Under the pieces are notes generated by a model. It worked only from the letters and a program-made list of their open reading frames with translations. It did no database searches and was not told the origin of the DNA. A stretch of DNA of 64,000 bases from an uncultured Candidatus Saccharibacteria bacterium (GTDB lineage: Bacteria; Patescibacteriota; Saccharimonadia; Saccharimonadales; 2-12-FULL-41-12): NCBI GenBank assembly GCA_947085855.1, contig CAMTYB010000001.1:405788-469787 (forward strand). The letters are read 5' to 3'. This document shows, piece after piece, positions 1 through 9,651 of this stretch (position 1 is its first letter; every line of letters begins with the position of its first letter). The position numbers were made by a program, and so were the translations under genes.

Positions 1-514
1 GAGCTACCGGCCGAACAAATTCATTTTGTAACTTGATGTACGAAAGTTGCTTTGCTTCTTCATTCTTGTCCTTTGTAGCTCGTACATATTCTAAGGTTTG
101 ATCGATATACACATTCCAAGCAGTTGAAAATGCACTCTCAGCCTCCACCCCATAATAGCCTGCTGTCAACTTCGCAATATCCGAACCTACCTTGTACAAT
201 TTTTCTTTGTCTTGATCAGTGTTTTTTCCTTCACTGGCGTCTGATACAGCTTGATTGATCAGTCGGGCGTGTTCATTAGCTAAGTCGGAAAGTGTCGCCT
301 TAGTCTCTTGGGAGTCTTTAGCCTTGCTGTCTTGCTTGTCTTGGACGTACCACAGTGTAAAAGCGGCAGTTGCCATAACTAACAAAGCTAGGATAATCAT
401 GCCAGCCTTTTTCTTGTTAGCCGGCCTACGTGGCTTTAGGCGTCGCAACAGATTTTTGACTGGTTGCTTTTGCGGCTGCTTGTCGGCAGACTTCTCCTCT
501 TTTTTATTGTCCAT
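1..514 (-). CDS. hypothetical membrane-anchored protein (N-terminal part; 3' end runs off the window)
   Basis: Absent from the ORF track because there is no stop in the window. A reverse-strand ATG at 512-514 opens MDNKKEEKSADKQPQKQPVKNLLRRLKPRRPANKKKAGMIILALLVMATAAFTLWYV..., a basic N-terminus plus one hydrophobic helix. The frame stays open to position 1. The + ORF 255..518 is its low-complexity shadow. Confidence 0.5.
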   Translation of the reverse strand, partial: MDNKKEEKSADKQPQKQPVKNLLRRLKPRRPANKKKAGMIILALLVMATAAFTLWYVQDKQDSKAKDSQETKATLSDLANEHARLINQAVSDASEGKNTDQDKEKLYKVGSDIAKLTAGYYGVEAESAFSTAWNVYIDQTLEYVRATKDKNEEAKQLSYIKLQNEFVRPVA

Positions 515-714
515 TTAAAACTTTCGTTTACATACCTAATAAATTATTACTTATGCTTATACTAATTCCTTTGCACGATTCCTGGCAAGTCTCTACAGAA
601 CTAATATTCAATTAGTTAGCTTCCTTACAGAAGTAGTCGACTATTTTTACGATAATTTAGGTTGCGTAATGCACATATGTTATATTTTTCAATATTGACA
701 TGAGCAGTTTGTAC

Positions 715-743
715 TTGACAATATATGGTAAAGTGTGTATAAT
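715..743 (+). promoter_or_regulatory. sigma70-type promoter, TTGACA-17 nt-TATAAT
   Basis: TTGACA at 715-720 and TATAAT at 738-743 with an exact 17-nt spacer. A downstream aaggaagga SD precedes the ATG at 811. Confidence 0.6.
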
Positions 744-810
744 TTGGGCCAGAATACGCATTTGAGAAGAGTTTTAGCGCGTATACAAAGCTTAAGGAAG
801 GACATAGTAC

Positions 811-1269
811 ATGTCTCACAACCAAGATCCACGTCAATTCGCACCGCAAGCAGACCCTAGTCTGTTGGCTGAACTACGTCAAAACGTTGTAGCATTGGCT
901 GCTACCACTGTTATCGCGCTTGCTGCAACCGCTGAAATCGCTCAAGGCGCCTCTACTAACTCACAGACTGGACGCCCATTAGCTCCAGAAATTGAAAAGC
1001 CAAAACCAGGTCAAAAGCCTGCCGATGGCCGCAATACGCTTGAATGTCGACAAGTCGAAGTAAAGATTCCTGATACACCTGCCGCAGAAAAACCACGCGA
1101 AAATGATCATCGAATTGTTAAGGGCAAAACTGTAGCTGGTGGCATCACCGGTCTTATGGTTAGCTTTGGCAAACGTACCACTGGCTCTACCAAGAGCGAA
1201 AAGTCTAAAGCAGCTTCAGCTACTCGACAAAACTGCGACAGCGACCTAGACCGTCCAAGCTTAAGATAA
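811..1269 (+). CDS. hypothetical protein (152 aa), no recognisable domain
   Basis: ORF track entry preceded by a consensus promoter and an SD. The product has an Ala-rich hydrophobic stretch followed by a Lys/Pro/Thr-rich region. Confidence 0.45.
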   Translation: MSHNQDPRQFAPQADPSLLAELRQNVVALAATTVIALAATAEIAQGASTNSQTGRPLAPEIEKPKPGQKPADGRNTLECRQVEVKIPDTPAAEKPRENDHRIVKGKTVAGGITGLMVSFGKRTTGSTKSEKSKAASATRQNCDSDLDRPSLR

Positions 1270-1283
1270 ACTCTCTATCTAGA

Positions 1284-2189
1284 TTATTTATTGAGTTCGT
1301 GGCCACCGAATTTATTGCGCATAGCCGCAAGTAGTTTGGTTGCAAAGTTGGTCTCGCCTTTTTGCGAAGCCAAGCGAACATCGAATGAAGCCTGAATTGC
1401 CGGCAATGGAATGCCGAGGTCTTTGGCAGCCTCGAGAGTCCAGCGAGCTTCGCCCGATTCGGCCACAAAGCCATCAATGCCTTCGAGGCTCGGGTTTTCG
1501 CGTAATGCATCGCGGCTTAATTCATTGAGCCACGAGACGATTACGCTACCGTGCTGCCAGACTTCACCAGCCGCAGCGAGATCAAGGTCTTTGTACGGCC
1601 CTTCGCGTAGCATGCGATAGCCTTCGGCGAGTGACTGCATCATGCCGTATTCGATGGCGTTGTGGACCATTTTGACATAGTGGCCAGAGCCGGCCGGTCC
1701 GAAGTGCTGATAGGCACCGCTCGGTGCAGCAAGCACCTGAAATACTGGTTCGAGGCCTGGGAAAGCATCTTCCCCGCCACCGATCATCATAGAAAAACCA
1801 TTCTGGTAGCCCCACACGCCACCGCTTGTACCACTGTCGAGCATGGTTGAGCCAGCGGCTTCAACCTTTTTGGCTCGTTCTTGGGTTTGGCGGAAGTCAG
1901 AATTGCCACCATCAATCAAAATACTGCCTTTTGGCACAAGCGCCAGCCATTCATCAAGCTGCTCATCGACTGTGTCAGCTGGTACCATCAACCAGACGAC
2001 TACCTGCTCGCCTTCGGCGAAGGCAGCCACAACGTCTTCTTTGGTATAGGCTGCTGTTGCTCCATAGGTAACGGCTTCGTCAACCTTGGCAGCGCTGCGG
2101 TTGTGCGCGATCACTTGGTGATCGGCTTCGCTCAATTTGCGAGCGATCTGCATACCCATGCGTCCTAATCCAGCAATTGCAATCTTCAT
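1284..2189 (-). CDS. gnd: 6-phosphogluconate dehydrogenase (decarboxylating), short ~300-aa Gnd-like form
   Basis: N-terminal Rossmann motif MKIAIAGLGRMGMQIARKL, length and overall conservation typical of the short 6PGDH family. AGGAGGG SD lies upstream of the ATG at 2189. Confidence 0.85.
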   Translation of the reverse strand: MKIAIAGLGRMGMQIARKLSEADHQVIAHNRSAAKVDEAVTYGATAAYTKEDVVAAFAEGEQVVVWLMVPADTVDEQLDEWLALVPKGSILIDGGNSDFRQTQERAKKVEAAGSTMLDSGTSGGVWGYQNGFSMMIGGGEDAFPGLEPVFQVLAAPSGAYQHFGPAGSGHYVKMVHNAIEYGMMQSLAEGYRMLREGPYKDLDLAAAGEVWQHGSVIVSWLNELSRDALRENPSLEGIDGFVAESGEARWTLEAAKDLGIPLPAIQASFDVRLASQKGETNFATKLLAAMRNKFGGHELNK

Positions 2190-2378
2190 GTGTCCCTCCT
2201 GCGTAACAAGCCACTGGCTTTGAGTACATTATTTGTGTTGCTATTCATTATACCGTTCTTTAGCCAAACCCGAGCACGAGTTTATATAAAGAGTAGGCTT
2301 CGCCGCTCACCTCTGTTACAATAGAGTTCACTGAGTATCGCCAGCTACAAGACACAACACAACCTAATACGGAAGTCG

Positions 2379-2401
2379 AGGTTGGGTTAGATGCTAAGCA
2401 T
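2379..2401 (+). repeat. block A-left: extra copy of the ychF SD/ATG/first codons
   Basis: aggttgggttagatgctaagcat versus 7558-7580 aggttgggttaaatgttaagcat, 21/23 identical by hand alignment. Confidence 0.7.
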
Positions 2402-2403
2402 TG

Positions 2404-2455
2404 GCATGAACAAGACGCAACCATACCATTCAGCATCACTTTTTTAATGCCACCA
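2404..2455 (+). repeat. block B-left: imperfect direct repeat of 7372-7423
   Basis: The core 2411-2455 versus 7379-7423 is 40/45 identical by hand. Both copies read Q[D/E]ATIPFSITF[L/S]MPP in one frame. Confidence 0.7.
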
Positions 2456-2876
2456 CTAGATAAAAGAACCAGAGGTTATACGCCTCAACAGATTAGAGAA
2501 CTGCAAGAAACTATTGATGGTAAGTGGTAAAATTGGCGTTCATATTTATCGATCAAGTGAACATGCAGCAACGTTACGAAAATTTATTCCCGAATATTCG
2601 ACACCCCACCACACTCACCACTATATTTATTGTTATTACAAAGCAGCATTAACTGACTGGTCTTCATAGCCATAGCAAAATACTTACGCTTACTTTTTTT
2701 AGAGGACTTGGCCGACCAAGAATGCGTGATAGGGTATGAGCGGTCAATATTAATAGAGGACGGCCCAATGCCAGTATGGCTGAACGGGTGGCGTATATGA
2801 GCTTGGAAGAGTCATTAATAGATACGATTAATATGCAGCAAGAAGGAATGCCAACGTCTGGTTTTTCGGAATATAC

Positions 2877-5000
2877 CTATTTACTCGGCCACCATACCCA
2901 TTTTCCTAGCAGTACAGACAACGACGGAATCAGTATAAGAGAGATTAGGAACGCGCCAAGCGCGATACCGAGCGATACGCTAAAGCCCATTTGCGTTAAC
3001 AGGCTTAAGCCAGCAAAGGCTAGAGAAGCAAATGTTCCCGCCAAAATCACACCAGCGGATATAAGTGTTGAAGCCGTATGCTCCACAGCCTGTTGTGCAG
3101 CTTGCGCAGGTGAGCTGCCTTCTAAATGCACTTCTTCGCGTAGACGGGAAATCATTAGTATGTTGTAATCCGTGCCAACCGCAACCACAAAGAGGTAGAG
3201 TAAAATTGGAAGCATAAAGATAAGGCCGGAACTATCACCTATAACAGTAAATGCATACGTTGTGGCACCTAAAGTTGCAAGGACACCAAGGGCTACCGAT
3301 AATAGTAGATATACCGGTGCAACGAGGCTTCGCAGCAAAACTGCCAAGATGATAAATATCATCACTGCAGCAAGCGGTACAATAGTGCGGATGTCTTTGT
3401 TAGTGGCATCCTTCAAGTCAGCATAAGTGGCGGTTTCGCCGCCGACTGCTATTTCGGCGTCAAGTCCAGTACTGTGAGCGGCTTGGCGGATTGGGCCAGC
3501 TACATTACTTATCGCTTTATCCGAAGTTGGGTCGTCTGCAAGCAGCAGAGAAATGACAGCCGCCTTACCATCTCTGGACTGTTGGGCGAGAACAGGCGCT
3601 GTACCACTCGGAGGTGAGGCTGTTTGTGGCGGCAGCACACTTGCTACGCCCTCCGCTTTAGTCAGGGCAGTTGCAAGCGTCGTCAAAGATTCCTGGCTAA
3701 GGGCTGCATCACTGCGTACATAGACCGTAGTGGGACTGGCAATACCCGGTGGATAAGCTGCCATCAATTCCTTAAAAGCTCGTCCCGATTCAGTGTTAGT
3801 CGGCAATTGACTCGTCAGATCAAAGGAGGCGCTATACTGTGCCAGACCTGAGGTCATCAGTGCCAGGACGGCAATGCTAGCAGCTGCCACTCGCAATGGT
3901 TGCCTTGCAATCAGCCGCCCCAATTTGCCAGCAAATCTGCCAGTAGATGCAGTCTGCCATTTCTTTGATGGCCAAAATATTTTATCGCCGATAATAGCAA
4001 GCAGTGCAGGCACAAGCGTGATAGAGGCCAGCATCATCAGCATTACAGACACTATTAGCCCTGGTGCTAGCGTACTGAAGAAACCAAGGGACGCTGCAAA
4101 CATTGCCGTGAATGCTGCGCCAACCACGAGTGCCGCAGAAAAGATCGCGGCGCCGGCTCTGGTCAGCGCAAAGCTGACTGCCCCTCTCGAGTGATCACCA
4201 CTTCTCAGACGCTCCCGGTAACGGAAAAGCAGAAACAGTATGTAGTCGGTGCCAATTCCAAAGAGAACAACTATTAGTAAAGAAGTCAGCTGTCCGCTGA
4301 CCTGAAAATCGAACGCTTGAGCCATCGCTGCCAGTATTGAAGTCGCCATCGTGTAGATAAGGCCGACAGAAACAAGCGATAACAAGGCCGCAAATGGGCT
4401 GCGGAAGATGATAGTAGGGAGTATCAGTATTAACAGTACCGTCACTAGGCCTACTATTTTTTCGGCATTACCTGACGATTCCTTGAGGTCTACGGCAATT
4501 GCCGGCTGGCCGGTCACAGCATAACTAAGTCCTGAGCCTCTAAGTTCTGAGCCCAGTTTTTGCCTCAAGGATGTCACGGCTCTTAACACGGCTTCGTCTT
4601 GTGGACCGCCCCTTATTTCCACTTGTGCCAGTTGTATCTGTTTATTTTGTGACAGCATTTGCGGGACTGAAACTACCTTCTCTACCCGTTCGATCCCGGC
4701 AGTATTCAACTGCTTCACCGCCTCTTGTATTTGCCGTTGGTCTTCTGTATTTAGCTGTTTATTATCAGACTTCTTAAAAAGAACTATTGCACTTTGACCT
4801 TCTGATTGCTGAAAAGCTTGCTTGGCGATACCTTGGGCTGTGGCTGATTCATAAGTATCTGGCAGGAAGCTCGCCTGATCGTCTGAGGTTACGCTTGATA
4901 AACTTGGGGACAGCGTCACGGTAACTATGGCGGCAATAACCCAAAAAATTACAATATACCATCTTTTTTCAGTTATAAAATCAGAAAATTTTTTTATCAT
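2877..5000 (-). CDS. MMPL family (RND superfamily) membrane transporter
   Basis: 707 aa. Architecture is N-terminal TM, large loop, TM bundle, second loop and second TM bundle. Sequence features are typical of MMPL/YdfJ-like exporters. Confidence 0.85.
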   Translation of the reverse strand: MIKKFSDFITEKRWYIVIFWVIAAIVTVTLSPSLSSVTSDDQASFLPDTYESATAQGIAKQAFQQSEGQSAIVLFKKSDNKQLNTEDQRQIQEAVKQLNTAGIERVEKVVSVPQMLSQNKQIQLAQVEIRGGPQDEAVLRAVTSLRQKLGSELRGSGLSYAVTGQPAIAVDLKESSGNAEKIVGLVTVLLILILPTIIFRSPFAALLSLVSVGLIYTMATSILAAMAQAFDFQVSGQLTSLLIVVLFGIGTDYILFLLFRYRERLRSGDHSRGAVSFALTRAGAAIFSAALVVGAAFTAMFAASLGFFSTLAPGLIVSVMLMMLASITLVPALLAIIGDKIFWPSKKWQTASTGRFAGKLGRLIARQPLRVAAASIAVLALMTSGLAQYSASFDLTSQLPTNTESGRAFKELMAAYPPGIASPTTVYVRSDAALSQESLTTLATALTKAEGVASVLPPQTASPPSGTAPVLAQQSRDGKAAVISLLLADDPTSDKAISNVAGPIRQAAHSTGLDAEIAVGGETATYADLKDATNKDIRTIVPLAAVMIFIILAVLLRSLVAPVYLLLSVALGVLATLGATTYAFTVIGDSSGLIFMLPILLYLFVVAVGTDYNILMISRLREEVHLEGSSPAQAAQQAVEHTASTLISAGVILAGTFASLAFAGLSLLTQMGFSVSLGIALGAFLISLILIPSLSVLLGKWVWWPSK

Positions 5001-5144
5001 ATCGCTTTCTCGTTAGGTGATACTACTCTTATATTTTTTGTCCAAAGTCTGTTACATATTATTGCACATCTGGACATTAAATACCTTTATCAAACGGCCT
5101 GCTTGCAGCCATACATGCAGTTTATTCGGATGAATGACATATGT

Positions 5145-6704
5145 TCAAGGCCTCACTTCATCCACCTCTTTCGACGAATTGCTGAGCGGCGTTTCGCGCA
5201 AGAACAATGCTACCGCGAAAGCCGCTAAGGCGAACGGGATGGCGTACAGGAACATATCATGGAAAGCGCTTATATAACCGCTTAATACCGCCTGCTTGTA
5301 CTCCGCCGGCAGGTTGGCTATACCACTCGTAGCGGCGTTATGGGTAATACTAGCCGCCCCCGGAAACGACTGCTCCAGATAATGAGTCAACCTGGATATG
5401 AGAATAGTACCGAAAACAGCACCGCCCAGACTACCACCTACACTTCTAAAGAATGATACGGTCGATGTGGCACTGCCGAGATCGGAGCGAGGCGTGGCGT
5501 TCTGCACAGCAAGGGTTGGTATCTGAATAAACATGCCGAGGCCCAGGCCGATTACGAGCATCCATACCGATAAGGTAACGTGGCCCGTATCGAGTCCAAG
5601 GTGGCTAAACAGCCATAATCCGATTGCGAGCAAAAGCGTTCCTATTATTGGGTAGATCTTATACTTGCCGGTTTTAGTAATCAGCCGGCCCGAAACGATG
5701 GACGCTATGAAGACCCCGATAATCAACGGAAGCATCAACAAGCCGGATTCGGTCGGTGAATTGCCTCTGACAATTTGCTGGTACTGGGGAATGTAGAGTA
5801 TGCTGGCGAACATAGCGATTCCTGAAAGCACCGACAGGAGTACTGAAACATTAAAGATATCGTTCTTAAATAGCTTTAAGGGTATGATTGGTTCGGCGGC
5901 ATAACGCTCGCGCCAGATGAACAGCGCGCCAAATGCCAAGCTGGCTGCCGCCAAACAGTAAATCTGTGGAGAGTTCCATTCATACTCGGTACCGCCCCAA
6001 ACAGACAACATAAGTACAGATACGGTCGCAAATGACAGAAGAGCTGCGCCTAGGAAATCAACCTTGTGAGGGCTACGTCGAACCGGCAGGTGCAGTACTT
6101 TGTCAATCACAACGAGCGCCAACAGGCCTAGTGGCAGGTTGAAGAAAAATATCCAATGCCAGCCAAGGTGTTCAGTAAAGAATCCTCCTAGTAACGGGCC
6201 GGCTACACTGGCTACTGCAAACACTCCGGCAAAATAACCTTGATACCTGCCTCGTTGCCGGGGAGGCACTAGGTCACCGACGATAGTTAGCACCGTAGCC
6301 ATAATTCCTCCGCCGCCTAAACCCTGTATCGCCCTGGCTCCGATTAGCTGGTTCATGTCCTGGCTTGCGCCGGCTAGCAATGAGCCTGCCAAGAACATGA
6401 TAATTGCAATGTTTAATATTTTTTTACGTCCGTACATATCGCCCAGCTTGCCGTAAATCGGCGTAGCGATAGCACTAGCTATCAGGAATGAAGTGACCAC
6501 CCAGGATAACTTGTCCAAAGCATGTAAATCTACTGCAATCTGTGGCAATGCGGTCGCTACAATTGTCTGGTTAAGGGCAGCGAGAAGCATGACCACCATC
6601 AAAGCTCCCATCACTTCCATGATTTGAGCATGGCTAGGTTGTGTACCTTCCTTAATACCTGCTGAATTCGTCTTAGATTTTTTCAACGACTTTAATAATG
6701 ACAC
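5145..6704 (-). CDS. MFS transporter, DHA2 (EmrB/QacA-like, ~14 TMS) drug:H+ antiporter family
   Basis: 519 aa. Contains the MFS motif GKLGDMYGRKK, many TM helices and DHA2-like length. GTG start at 6702-6704 with a GGGAGA SD. Confidence 0.85.
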   Translation of the reverse strand: MSLLKSLKKSKTNSAGIKEGTQPSHAQIMEVMGALMVVMLLAALNQTIVATALPQIAVDLHALDKLSWVVTSFLIASAIATPIYGKLGDMYGRKKILNIAIIMFLAGSLLAGASQDMNQLIGARAIQGLGGGGIMATVLTIVGDLVPPRQRGRYQGYFAGVFAVASVAGPLLGGFFTEHLGWHWIFFFNLPLGLLALVVIDKVLHLPVRRSPHKVDFLGAALLSFATVSVLMLSVWGGTEYEWNSPQIYCLAAASLAFGALFIWRERYAAEPIIPLKLFKNDIFNVSVLLSVLSGIAMFASILYIPQYQQIVRGNSPTESGLLMLPLIIGVFIASIVSGRLITKTGKYKIYPIIGTLLLAIGLWLFSHLGLDTGHVTLSVWMLVIGLGLGMFIQIPTLAVQNATPRSDLGSATSTVSFFRSVGGSLGGAVFGTILISRLTHYLEQSFPGAASITHNAATSGIANLPAEYKQAVLSGYISAFHDMFLYAIPFALAAFAVALFLRETPLSNSSKEVDEVRP

Positions 6705-6724
6705 TCGGCTCTCCCTTCTTGCAT

Positions 6725-7177
6725 CTACTTCTCAATGGCCTGCAGTATTTTTCTGTTCACTTCATTTGCCAGACGCAATTCATCAACTGACAGCTCACTG
6801 GTTAGTTTCTGAACCAATTGACTACGCTTTTGCTTTATTTCCGTCATCAATTTTTTTCCTTGATCTGTTAACACAAGGTTCTTTACACGTCGGTCATGAC
6901 TATCTGTGCTTCTGTCTACGTAGCCATTACACACCAAATAATCTACAAGTCTTGTTACTGCTCCATCGGTCACTCTCATTCTCTCCGCTATCTGGTGACC
7001 TGTTGCAGGTTGCATTTCTTGTGCCGCCTGCAGAGTGGCAATAAGCGTAGGCTTGAGTCCCTTAGCATCTACAAAATCGTAAAAAACCTTTTTCCATGCC
7101 CTATAAAGCTCTCTGTTTATAGTTACGTACTCTGACACCAGTTCATCCCTGTTCACAATGGTTGACATAGTAAACAT
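6725..7177 (-). CDS. MarR family transcriptional regulator
   Basis: 150 aa. The winged-HTH region ...ATGHQIAERMRVTDGAVTRLVDYLVCNGYVDRSTDSHDRRVKNLVLTDQG is typical of MarR. The gene lies directly upstream of the MFS gene. Confidence 0.85.
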   Translation of the reverse strand: MFTMSTIVNRDELVSEYVTINRELYRAWKKVFYDFVDAKGLKPTLIATLQAAQEMQPATGHQIAERMRVTDGAVTRLVDYLVCNGYVDRSTDSHDRRVKNLVLTDQGKKLMTEIKQKRSQLVQKLTSELSVDELRLANEVNRKILQAIEK

Positions 7178-7371
7178 TTTACATACTATACTTTACGTAG
7201 TCAATGATAATGCTTATATAAAAACTGCGCCCATTGATTATTCCTGTACAAATGAATAAAAATAGTTAATACAGAATTTGCCTTATTTTTCTATTTATTA
7301 TGGGAACTATTGTTAAATTTAGCCGCGATAGACCATATAGAGTAGGTGGTCGCAATTCAACATAATTATGT

Positions 7372-7423
7372 GCACTCACAAGAAGCAACCATACCATTCA
7401 GTATCACCTTTTCCATGCCACCA
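7372..7423 (+). repeat. block B-right: imperfect direct repeat of 2404-2455
   Basis: See block B-left. It lies 134 nt upstream of block A-right. Confidence 0.7.
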
Positions 7424-7557
7424 GTTCCTCACCAGTATGTCTTACGACGATAAGCTTTTTACTGTTAGGAAGATAGTTGATAAAGTAATAGCAACGAAGG
7501 AGCAAATAACAATATGCGGAAACATACCGTCATACGCCAATTCAGTGGCTATTCAAA

Positions 7558-7580
7558 AGGTTGGGTTAAATGTTAAGCAT
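7558..7580 (+). repeat. block A-right: the functional ychF SD/start, repeated at 2379-2401
   Basis: Overlaps the real ychF start codon at 7570. Confidence 0.7.
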
Positions 7581-8658
7581 AGCTATTGTTGGCCTGCCAA
7601 ATGTTGGTAAATCGACGCTGTTTAATGCGTTAACGAATAATAATATCCTGGCTGCTAATTATCCATTTGCCACGATTGAGCCAAATACTGGCATCGTGCC
7701 GATTCCCGACCCTCGGCTCGCCAAGCTCGCCGAATTATATGGCTCCAAAAAAGTTGTCCCCGCAACAGTTACCTTTGTAGATGTTGCTGGATTGGTTAAA
7801 GGCGCGAGCCAGGGCGAAGGTTTGGGCAATCAGTTCTTGAGCCACATCCGTAACTGCAATGCGATCTGCCAGGTAGTCCGGGCCTTTCATGACGAAAACG
7901 TCTTGCACGTCGACAACCAAGCTAACCCAACCAGCGATATTGACGTTATAAATACCGAGCTCGTACTGGCTGATTTGCAGACGGTCGAAAAACGTCTGCC
8001 GCGTGTAGCCAAAGAAGCACGAGCTAATCCAAAGCTTCGACCGGAAGCTGATTTCCTGGAAAAAGTAAAAACTGTGCTCGACAACGGCACCCCGTTGTCG
8101 TCTGATCCGGAGATTATGGATGATGAATTAACTCCTTGGTTGAAGCAAGAACTGCAATTGCTGACGCTTAAGCCGATCATGTATTTGTTCAATGTTGATG
8201 ACGATACCTTGGCTGATAGTTCACGTCAGGCTGAGCTTGCAAAGTTGGTGGCCCCGGCTCAAGCTCTCTTCGTTAGTGCCAAGCTCGAAAGCGAGCTGCG
8301 CGAGCTTTCGCCGGCCGACGCCACCGAGCTCCTCGAAAGCTACGGCGTCCACGAATCCGGCCTCAACCAAGTCATCCACGCCGCCTACAACATTCTCGGC
8401 CTACAAAGTTACCTGACTGCTGGTGAACAGGAAGTCCGTGCCTGGACCATCACCAAAGGCGCGACTGCCCCACAAGCCGCTGGCGTCATCCACACCGACT
8501 TCGAACGCGGCTTCATTGCCGCCACCGTCGTGTCATATCAAGATTTGGTTGAAGCTGGATCGGAAAGCGCTGCTAAAGCCAAGGGCGCCATTCGCACCGA
8601 AGGCAAAGACTACATCATGCAACCGGATGATGTAGTTGAATTCAAGTTTAACGTCTAA
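7570..8658 (+). CDS. ychF: redox-regulated/ribosome-binding ATPase YchF
   Basis: MLSIAIVGLPNVGKSTLFNALT P-loop, Obg-family G motifs and the conserved C-terminal TGS-like end ...DDVVEFKFNV. Confidence 0.95.
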   Translation: MLSIAIVGLPNVGKSTLFNALTNNNILAANYPFATIEPNTGIVPIPDPRLAKLAELYGSKKVVPATVTFVDVAGLVKGASQGEGLGNQFLSHIRNCNAICQVVRAFHDENVLHVDNQANPTSDIDVINTELVLADLQTVEKRLPRVAKEARANPKLRPEADFLEKVKTVLDNGTPLSSDPEIMDDELTPWLKQELQLLTLKPIMYLFNVDDDTLADSSRQAELAKLVAPAQALFVSAKLESELRELSPADATELLESYGVHESGLNQVIHAAYNILGLQSYLTAGEQEVRAWTITKGATAPQAAGVIHTDFERGFIAATVVSYQDLVEAGSESAAKAKGAIRTEGKDYIMQPDDVVEFKFNV

Positions 8659-8700
8659 GTCTTTTATTGAATCTGGCTATAGCTGTACGAGGCCGTACTT

Positions 8701-8725
8701 TTAAAAAGGCACACTCCGTGTGCTC
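8701..8725 (+). repeat. hairpin unit 1 of the GCACAC-N3-GTGTGC family
   Basis: ttaaaaaGGCACACtccGTGTGCtc, with stem 8709-8714/8718-8723. The first 15 nt are identical to 10471-10485. Confidence 0.7.
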
Positions 8726-8761
8726 ACTTTCAATTTCGAGAGGTGTTCATGTAAAGCCAAT

Positions 8762-8783
8762 GACACACGGAGTGTGCTGTTTT
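8762..8783 (+). terminator. hairpin unit 2 (inverted copy, loop gga) followed by TTTT
   Basis: gaCACACggaGTGTGctgtttt. It is the reverse complement of unit 1's core, and a T-run lies at 8780-8783. Confidence 0.5.
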
Positions 8784-8863
8784 AAAACCAGACTCAAACC
8801 ATACACATAAATGACTCATAAACTTGACTATCTCAAGTATTCTCAGCTACACTGGATACAAGT

Positions 8864-9643
8864 ATGGGAAAGAACAGTGAGTCAGCAGAGCCTGCTCTGC
8901 GCGTTACCAATTTGCAAAAAACCTATGCCAGTGGCACTGAAGCCCTGAAAGGTATTAACCTCGAGATTCCTCAGGGTTCTTTTTTTGGTTTGCTCGGCCC
9001 GAACGGCGCCGGCAAGTCTACCCTCATTCATTGCATCATGGGCCTCGCCATCCCTACCGGGGGCAGCGCCACGGTCCTCGGCCATGACATTGTCAAAGAT
9101 TATCGACTGGCTCGCGCCAATGTTGGCCTCGCTCCACAAGAAGTAAACCTGGACTGGTTCTTGAACGTCGAAGAAACGCTCGATTATCACGGCGGTTATT
9201 ACGGCATGCCCAAAAAAGAACGCCAGGAGCGCATTGCCGAACTCCTAGAAGCCTTTTCGCTGACCGAAAAGCGTAAGTCTAACGGTCGTAACCTATCTGG
9301 TGGTATGAAACGCCGCGTTATCCTAGCCCGAGCTTTGATGCATCGACCAAAGATGCTCATTCTTGATGAGCCGACCGCTGGTGTTGATGTCGAACTTCGG
9401 CTCGAGCTCTGGCGCTATATGAAGAAAGTGAATAAGGAAAACAAAACCACCATCCTACTTACGACACACTACATCGAAGAAGCCGAGCAACTGTGCGACA
9501 ACCTTGCACTTATCAATCATGGCAAGATTATCAAAACAGGCACCAGCGACGAACTCAAGAAAGCCTACAAGAAGAAATCCCTGGAAGATGTGTACCTGGA
9601 GCTCATCGGCCGCAGCGAGTTGACTCGAAATGGCAAAAAGTAA
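8864..9643 (+). CDS. ABC transporter ATP-binding protein (ABC-2/DrrA-like subfamily)
   Basis: Walker A GPNGAGKST, signature LSGGMKRR and Walker B MLILDEPTAGVD. Confidence 0.9.
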   Translation: MGKNSESAEPALRVTNLQKTYASGTEALKGINLEIPQGSFFGLLGPNGAGKSTLIHCIMGLAIPTGGSATVLGHDIVKDYRLARANVGLAPQEVNLDWFLNVEETLDYHGGYYGMPKKERQERIAELLEAFSLTEKRKSNGRNLSGGMKRRVILARALMHRPKMLILDEPTAGVDVELRLELWRYMKKVNKENKTTILLTTHYIEEAEQLCDNLALINHGKIIKTGTSDELKKAYKKKSLEDVYLELIGRSELTRNGKK

Positions 9644-9651
9644 GAAATTTC

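Noticed and set aside
255-849. ORFs 255..518 (+) and 625..849 (-).
   Set aside because: The first is the shadow of the partial minus-strand gene 1..514. The second spans the promoter and 5' UTR of 811..1269 and has no translation signals.
2391-2447. An 18-codon ORF (MLSIGMNKTQPYHSASLF) with a good SD at the left repeat.
   Set aside because: It is the duplicated ychF start running into unrelated sequence. I treat it as a recombination relic, not a gene.
9493-9651. A long N-terminal extension of the ABC-2 permease ORF overlapping the ATPase gene by 150 nt.
   Set aside because: The extension is Arg/Gln-rich out-of-frame read-through of the ATPase coding sequence. ATG 9652, just after the ATPase stop, gives a normal permease N-terminus. 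The same logic was used to trim rnj (20726-20911), groL, rpoD, rpsF, the guaB-like gene, purA, tsaD and the NlpC/P60 gene.
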